Part shown: positions 26,869 through 32,000 of the stretch, one piece after another
How the letters are laid out: each line of letters begins with the position of its first letter
Numbering within the stretch: the stretch's first letter is position 1
Origin: Aquifex aeolicus VF5
GTDB lineage: Bacteria > Aquificota > Aquificia > Aquificales > Aquificaceae
DNA: 32,000 nucleotides
Direction: 5' to 3'
NCBI RefSeq assembly: GCF_000008625.1
Contig: NC_000918.1
Coordinates: forward strand, 1,290,001-1,322,000
Notes under the pieces: generated by a model
The model's database searches: none
What the model saw: the letters and a program-made list of their open reading frames with translations, nothing else
Told to the model about the DNA's origin: nothing
Position numbers and translations under genes: made by a program

Positions 26869-29823
26869 ATGCTGGGATGGATAGCTAAGAAAATCATCGG
26901 AACAAAGAACGAGAGGGAAGTAAAGAGGTTAAGGAAATTCGTAAACCAGATAAACGAACTAGAAAAGGAACTGGACGCCCTGACGAATAAAGAACTCGTT
27001 GAACTCGCTCAAGAACTCCATGACAAAATTAGGTTTGACGAGGAATTAAAGGAAAGAGTCATTAAAGGAGAAATCACACCGGAAGTTATAAAGGCCTTTG
27101 CCCTTGTGAGGGAAGCTGCAAAGAGGACACTGGGACTCAGACACTTTGACGTTCAGTTAATAGGAGGACTCGTCCTTCACGAGGGCAAAATAGCGGAAAT
27201 GAAAACTGGGGAAGGAAAAACCCTCGTTGCCACCTCACCTGCAGTAGTAAACGGAATGACGGACGAAGGGGTACACATCGTAACGGTAAACGACTATCTC
27301 GCGAGGAGAGACGCCCAGTGGATGGGACCAATATACAAATTTCTCGGACTTGAAGTGGGAGTTATAAACTCCGACGGAAAGACTTACCTCGTTGAGTGGG
27401 TTGATCCGGAAAAAGTAAAGGAAGCCATAGAAAATGACGTGAGGGTATGGCCGAAAGGCTACTACGAGGAAATCCTTCCCTCTGAAAAGGTAAACATAGA
27501 CGCTAAGAAGACTTACTTTACCACCTTAAAAGAGGCTGAACACAGAAGGAAAGCCTATGAAGCACACATAACCTACGGAACTAACAACGAGTTTGGCTTT
27601 GATTACCTGAGGGACAACTTAGCCTTCTCCAAGGAAGAAATCGTTCAGGTTAAAGGACACAACTACGCCATAGTGGATGAAGTGGACTCAATCCTGATAG
27701 ACGAAGCCAGAACGCCACTAATAATCTCAGGTCCGGCTCAAATAGACTCACAAATATATCACGTTGCGGATGCAGTAGTGAGGAAACTCAAAAAGGACAA
27801 AGACTTTACCGTTGACGAAAAGAACAGAACCGTAAACCTGACGGAACAGGGAATAAAGAAAGTTGAAAAGATGCTCGGAATAGACAACCTTTACGACTTA
27901 AAACACGTTGACCTCCTTCACGCCATTCTCCAGTCAATAAGGGCACACCACCTCTTTAAGAAAGACGTCCACTACATAGTGAGGGACGGAGAAGTTTTAA
28001 TCGTTGACGAGTTTACGGGAAGAGTTCTCCCTGGAAGAAGGTGGTCCGACGGACTCCACCAGGCAATAGAAGTAAAAGAAGGCGTCCCAGTAAAGGAAGA
28101 AAACCAGACTCTGGCTTCAATTACCTTCCAGAACTACTTCAAGCTTTACAGAAAACTCGCCGGAATGACTGGAACTGCGGAAACGGAAGCCCTTGAATTT
28201 AAAGAAATATACGGCCTTGATGTGGTAGTAATCCCAACACACAAGCCCATGATAAGGAAAGATCACCCAGACCTCGTTTTCAAAACCAAAGAAGAAAAGT
28301 GGGAAAGGGTAGTAGAAGAGGTCCTCCTTAATCACATCTTCGGAAGACCAGTTCTCGTGGGAACCGTTTCCATAGAGGACAACGAAAAACTCTCCTCACT
28401 GCTCAAGAATAAAAAACTCTTAAAGGAAATAGCAAACAGAAACAGCTTCAAGAGAAGGCTTGAAGAAACCGCTAAGAATTTGGGAGTTTCTCCGGAAGAA
28501 GTTCAGAAAAAACTTGAAGAAGTTCTCAAAAAAGGTATTCCTCACAACGTCCTGAACGCAAAGCACCACGAAAGGGAAGCGGAGATTATAGCTCAAGCGG
28601 GAAGGGTTGGAGCTGTAACGATAGCCACGAACATGGCGGGAAGGGGAACGGACATACTCCTCGGCGGAAACCCCGAATACCTCGCAAAGCAGATGCTAAA
28701 AGAAAAGGGAATTAACCCGGAAGAGGCTACTGAAGAACAGTTCAGGGAAGCCCTAAGAGAGGCTTACAGGATAACTGAGGAGGAAAAGGAAAAGGTTAAG
28801 AAGCTCGGCGGACTTCTTGTTATCGGAACGGAAAGACACGAGTCAAGGAGAATAGACAACCAGCTCAGGGGTAGAGCGGGAAGGCAGGGAGACCCCGGAG
28901 AGAGCAGGTTCATAGTTTCTCTGGAAGATGACCTCCTCAGACTCTTTGGAGGGGAAAGGGTAAGCAAGTTAATGGACATGCTGAAAATAGAAAGGGGCGA
29001 ACCCATAGAGAGCAGGATGGTGTCCAAAGCCCTTGAAAACGCTCAGAAAAGAGTAGAAGCACAGAACTTCCAGATAAGAAAGAGACTCTATGAATTTGAC
29101 AGCGTAATGAACATACAGAGGGATGTAGTTTACACGTTAAGGAGACAGCTCCTTGAAGGCGAAAACGTCCATGAGAAGATAAAGGAATTTTTGAAAGACA
29201 TAATAACTCAAAAAGTGAACGAGCTCCTTCCCGAAGACGATCCAGAACTCTGGGACCTAGAACCCTTAAAAGCCTTCCTAAAAGAACTTACGGGAAGAGA
29301 AGTAGAAATCCCGCAGGTAAGGGATAAGGAGGAGCTAATACAAAAGCTCTACGAAGAACTCTTAAAGATTTACGAGGAAAAGGAAAAAGAGATAGGAAGT
29401 CCAGAAGCTATGAGGGAACTCGAGAGGGTAATTCTCCTTAACCTCCTAGACAACGCATGGAGGGAGCACCTTCACACTCTCGACAGGTTAAGGGAAGGCA
29501 TATACTTAAGGGGATACGCGGGGAAAGATCCGCTCATAGAGTACAAGAGGGAAGCTTACGAGCTCTTTGAAAACATGATGGAAAACGTAAAACTGAACAC
29601 TCTCATGACACTCTTTAACGTCCAGATTAAGTCCGAAGAGGAGATAAAGGAAGTAGAACACGAAGAAGAAAAGAAGCACCAGAGACTCCTTGAAGAAGCA
29701 GAGCTCCAAGGTGTTCAAGGAAAGAGTGATAAAAAGCCCAGACCCAAAACTCTAAAAGAAAGATTAAAAGAAGAGAGACTGAGAAAGAGGAAATTAAAAG
29801 CGAAGAAGAAAGAACAGGAGTGA
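26869..29823 (+). CDS. secA: Preprotein translocase ATPase SecA, with NBD1 insertion and no C-terminal zinc motif
   Basis: MKTGEGKTLVATSPAVVNG, VDEVDSILIDEARTPLIISG, ATNMAGRGTDILLGG, RQGDPGESRF. Confidence 0.98.
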   Translation: MLGWIAKKIIGTKNEREVKRLRKFVNQINELEKELDALTNKELVELAQELHDKIRFDEELKERVIKGEITPEVIKAFALVREAAKRTLGLRHFDVQLIGGLVLHEGKIAEMKTGEGKTLVATSPAVVNGMTDEGVHIVTVNDYLARRDAQWMGPIYKFLGLEVGVINSDGKTYLVEWVDPEKVKEAIENDVRVWPKGYYEEILPSEKVNIDAKKTYFTTLKEAEHRRKAYEAHITYGTNNEFGFDYLRDNLAFSKEEIVQVKGHNYAIVDEVDSILIDEARTPLIISGPAQIDSQIYHVADAVVRKLKKDKDFTVDEKNRTVNLTEQGIKKVEKMLGIDNLYDLKHVDLLHAILQSIRAHHLFKKDVHYIVRDGEVLIVDEFTGRVLPGRRWSDGLHQAIEVKEGVPVKEENQTLASITFQNYFKLYRKLAGMTGTAETEALEFKEIYGLDVVVIPTHKPMIRKDHPDLVFKTKEEKWERVVEEVLLNHIFGRPVLVGTVSIEDNEKLSSLLKNKKLLKEIANRNSFKRRLEETAKNLGVSPEEVQKKLEEVLKKGIPHNVLNAKHHEREAEIIAQAGRVGAVTIATNMAGRGTDILLGGNPEYLAKQMLKEKGINPEEATEEQFREALREAYRITEEEKEKVKKLGGLLVIGTERHESRRIDNQLRGRAGRQGDPGESRFIVSLEDDLLRLFGGERVSKLMDMLKIERGEPIESRMVSKALENAQKRVEAQNFQIRKRLYEFDSVMNIQRDVVYTLRRQLLEGENVHEKIKEFLKDIITQKVNELLPEDDPELWDLEPLKAFLKELTGREVEIPQVRDKEELIQKLYEELLKIYEEKEKEIGSPEAMRELERVILLNLLDNAWREHLHTLDRLREGIYLRGYAGKDPLIEYKREAYELFENMMENVKLNTLMTLFNVQIKSEEEIKEVEHEEEKKHQRLLEEAELQGVQGKSDKKPRPKTLKERLKEERLRKRKLKAKKKEQE

Positions 29824-29838
29824 GCTAAAATTCTACGT

Positions 29839-31164
29839 ATGGATAACTTAGAAAACCTCGTCAAAAAATACATAAAACCCGGATACGAGTACGAAGTATT
29901 CTTTGAAAGGGTTAAAAAGTTAAAGATAGAAGTCTCAAATGAGCAAGTTGAAAACGTCTCTTCTTCCGAAGAACGGGGTATAGGAATAAGGGTTTTAAAA
30001 GATAAACGCCTTGGATTTTCCTACACTTCTTTTCTCGGTGAGGAAGAGATAAAGGACACAGTTGAAAAAGCCATGGAAATGTGTGAAATTCAGGAGCCTG
30101 ATGAGGCAAACGGCTTTATAGAGAAACTGAAACCCTCTAAAGCGGTCTCCGTTTACGACGAAGAGTCCCTGTCAATTCCCTTACAGGAAAAGATGGAAAT
30201 ACCCGTCAAGATGGAAAAGTACGCAAAGGAACTGGACAAGAGGATTGTAGGAGTGAGAAAGTCCACCCTCACCGAGGTTGAGTTTGAAGTAAGGAGCTTT
30301 AACTCTTTTGGTGTTGAGTTCGGATATAGGGGAACCTCTTACACCTCTATGATAGCGACACTCGGAACTGAAAATGATGACAGCGCAATCTCTTGGGAAT
30401 TCAGAGGCGCAAGGAGACTGAAGAACTTAAACTGGAAGTCCATGGTTGAGGACGCTGTCTTCAAAACCGTAAACCTCCTTCACCCATCTCCCTTTGAAAC
30501 TAGAAGTATGCCCGTTGTGTTCTTCAGGGAAAGCTTTGCGATGCTCCTTGACGCCTTCAGCCCTATGTTTTTGGGAGACTACCTGGTTAAAGGAAAAACA
30601 CTTTTAAAGGATAAGGTAAACGAAATAGTAGCGAGTGAAAAAATCACGCTCGTTGATGACGGCTCCATGGAAGAGGGGTTTTCCACTTTCCCTTACGACG
30701 CGGAAGGAGTGCCCACCAGAAAAAATTTATTAATAGATAAAGGAGTGTTTAAGGGCTTTCTGCACAGCCTCTACACCGCGAGGAAGTCCTCTCAGGAACC
30801 TACCGGAAACTCCGTAAGAGGATCCTACAAAGAACTGCCATCTTCGGGAACCACGAACTTTTACTTAGAAAAGGGGAACCTTTCCTTTGAAGAATTACTC
30901 TCCTATTACGATGAGGTTTTCTTGGTTCTGGAGGTAATGGGACTCCACACCGTTGACACTATTTCGGGGGACTTCTCCCTTGGTTGTTCGGGAATTCTTT
31001 ACAAAAAGGGAAAGAAGGACAAAACGGTAAGGGGCATAACTGTAGCGGGGAATATACTAGATCTACTTAAGAACGTTGAAGAAGTGGGGAACGATCTCAC
31101 TTTTTATGGGAGTGTAGGTTCACCCTCGGTTCTCGTTAAAAAATTAACCCTCGGAGGGGGGTGA
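29839..31164 (+). CDS. pmbA: TldD/PmbA family protein (PmbA/TldE side)
   Basis: IEVSNEQVENVSSSEERGIGIRV, GVPTRKNLLIDKGVFKGFLHS, TGNSVRG; no HExxxH motif, as expected for PmbA. Confidence 0.85.
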   Translation: MDNLENLVKKYIKPGYEYEVFFERVKKLKIEVSNEQVENVSSSEERGIGIRVLKDKRLGFSYTSFLGEEEIKDTVEKAMEMCEIQEPDEANGFIEKLKPSKAVSVYDEESLSIPLQEKMEIPVKMEKYAKELDKRIVGVRKSTLTEVEFEVRSFNSFGVEFGYRGTSYTSMIATLGTENDDSAISWEFRGARRLKNLNWKSMVEDAVFKTVNLLHPSPFETRSMPVVFFRESFAMLLDAFSPMFLGDYLVKGKTLLKDKVNEIVASEKITLVDDGSMEEGFSTFPYDAEGVPTRKNLLIDKGVFKGFLHSLYTARKSSQEPTGNSVRGSYKELPSSGTTNFYLEKGNLSFEELLSYYDEVFLVLEVMGLHTVDTISGDFSLGCSGILYKKGKKDKTVRGITVAGNILDLLKNVEEVGNDLTFYGSVGSPSVLVKKLTLGGG

Positions 31165-31769
31165 TGAAAAAATTAATCCTCTTACTACTCTGGATTTTTC
31201 TATTAACCTTTTCCCTTTCATCTTTCTACATTTCCTACTCCGCATTCAACGAAGAGAGGACGCAAAAGATAGCGGGAAACCTCGGGGCATTTCTTTTAGC
31301 GATCCCCGAAAACAAGGTCGTTATACTCCCAAATCCCGAGCTTACAATTATAAAAGTCCAAAAGAACGGACAGATATTTATGACTGCTAACGCGGTAAAA
31401 CCCTTTGACCCTAAACTCTATTCTGGATTTAAAAAGAGTTTTAACGGGACACTCGTAGAGGTTTACGTCAAAAATGCCACCCTTGACGATTTTTTTATGT
31501 TTTTAGTAAGTAATCCTACCTTCGGCGGACTTTTAGCCTTTGTATTTATTCTTTATATATCCTTCTTCTACTTTACGGTGAACGAACTGAGGGAGGTTAA
31601 AGTAATCAGAAAAGCCGAAAAGGAACATTCTTTTGACGCAAAGGAAGTAATAAACTCTCTCAAAGCCCTAAAGGTTCTATTGCACACTGAAAAAATACTC
31701 AAAGAGGAAAGTGTGGAGAAAGCTAAATCCATCCTTGATGAAACCATTAAAAAGTTAGAAAATAAATAG
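31161..31769 (+). CDS. Two-TM membrane protein with periplasmic domain, unknown function
   Basis: N-terminal TM, about 110 aa extracytoplasmic region, second TM (FGGLLAFVFILYISFFYF), coiled-coil tail. Overlaps pmbA by 4 nt. Confidence 0.65.
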   Translation: MMKKLILLLLWIFLLTFSLSSFYISYSAFNEERTQKIAGNLGAFLLAIPENKVVILPNPELTIIKVQKNGQIFMTANAVKPFDPKLYSGFKKSFNGTLVEVYVKNATLDDFFMFLVSNPTFGGLLAFVFILYISFFYFTVNELREVKVIRKAEKEHSFDAKEVINSLKALKVLLHTEKILKEESVEKAKSILDETIKKLENK

Positions 31770-31779
31770 GAGGGGCTTG

Positions 31780-32000
31780 AATGAAAATTTTGATAGTTTC
31801 CTTCGATAAAACCTTAGTTGACAGCTTAAAAGAACACCTCGCACAACACGAAGTTTACACGGCAAAGAACGCCGAAGAAGCCATAACCCTATCTCCATCG
31901 GACATCGATTTAATAATCTTCGACGCCATTTCTGGTGCAATTTCCGAAGAAGAGATAAACGAATTGTATTCAAAGAAGTTTAAAAATCAAAAGTACGTGA
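31780..32000 (+). CDS. Receiver-like domain protein, 3' truncated by window edge
   Basis: SD AGGAGG before the ATG. Translation [52 protein letters not shown]... has response-regulator-like beta/alpha periodicity, and the frame stays open at base 32000. Confidence 0.55.

Noticed and set aside
1-32000. CRISPR array, transposon, tRNA or prophage content
   Set aside because: I looked for regularly spaced direct repeats, transposase or integrase motifs and tRNA cloverleaf/T-loop sequence and saw none by eye. A tool-based scan (CRISPR finder, tRNAscan-SE) would be needed to exclude weak cases.

Overview
This is a gene-dense bacterial chromosomal segment with housekeeping synteny. Its protein style and gene content look like a hyperthermophilic Aquificales genome (Aquifex aeolicus-like); that assignment is inference. 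Confident content: purL (5' truncated), lspA, dapF, exbD/tolR-like, a CxxC heavy-metal chaperone, prfB, ilvH, a site-2 (M50) protease, a cytochrome c, the 4.5S SRP RNA gene (ffs, not in the ORF track) directly upstream of dnaX, uvrB, iscA-like, flgD-flgE-fliL, amrS-like radical SAM, a porin with a near-perfect sigma70 promoter, a voltage-gated-like K+ channel with an RCK domain, asd, a CoA-binding protein, secA and pmbA. No CRISPR, transposon or rRNA/tRNA was seen. The most interesting accessory signals are: (1) a minus-strand cluster encoding an MglA/Arf-like small GTPase, a Roadblock/LC7 protein, a PATAN/DUF4388-like protein, a PilM/GspL-like actin-fold protein and membrane proteins; (2) a single-protein fusion of a PLD (HKD) nuclease domain, a HAS-barrel-like linker and a HerA-type ATPase; (3) a TumE/DUF6516-like plus HTH toxin-antitoxin-like pair; (4) four places where a conserved protein continues in the -1 frame: the PilM-like gene at a canonical A_AAA_AAG heptamer, dnaX at an A9 tract, the flgE C-terminus, and a sulfur-oxygenase-reductase-like small gene. 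These may be programmed recoding/slippage or single-base deletions or sequence errors. Everything was read by eye; no database search or folding was run.
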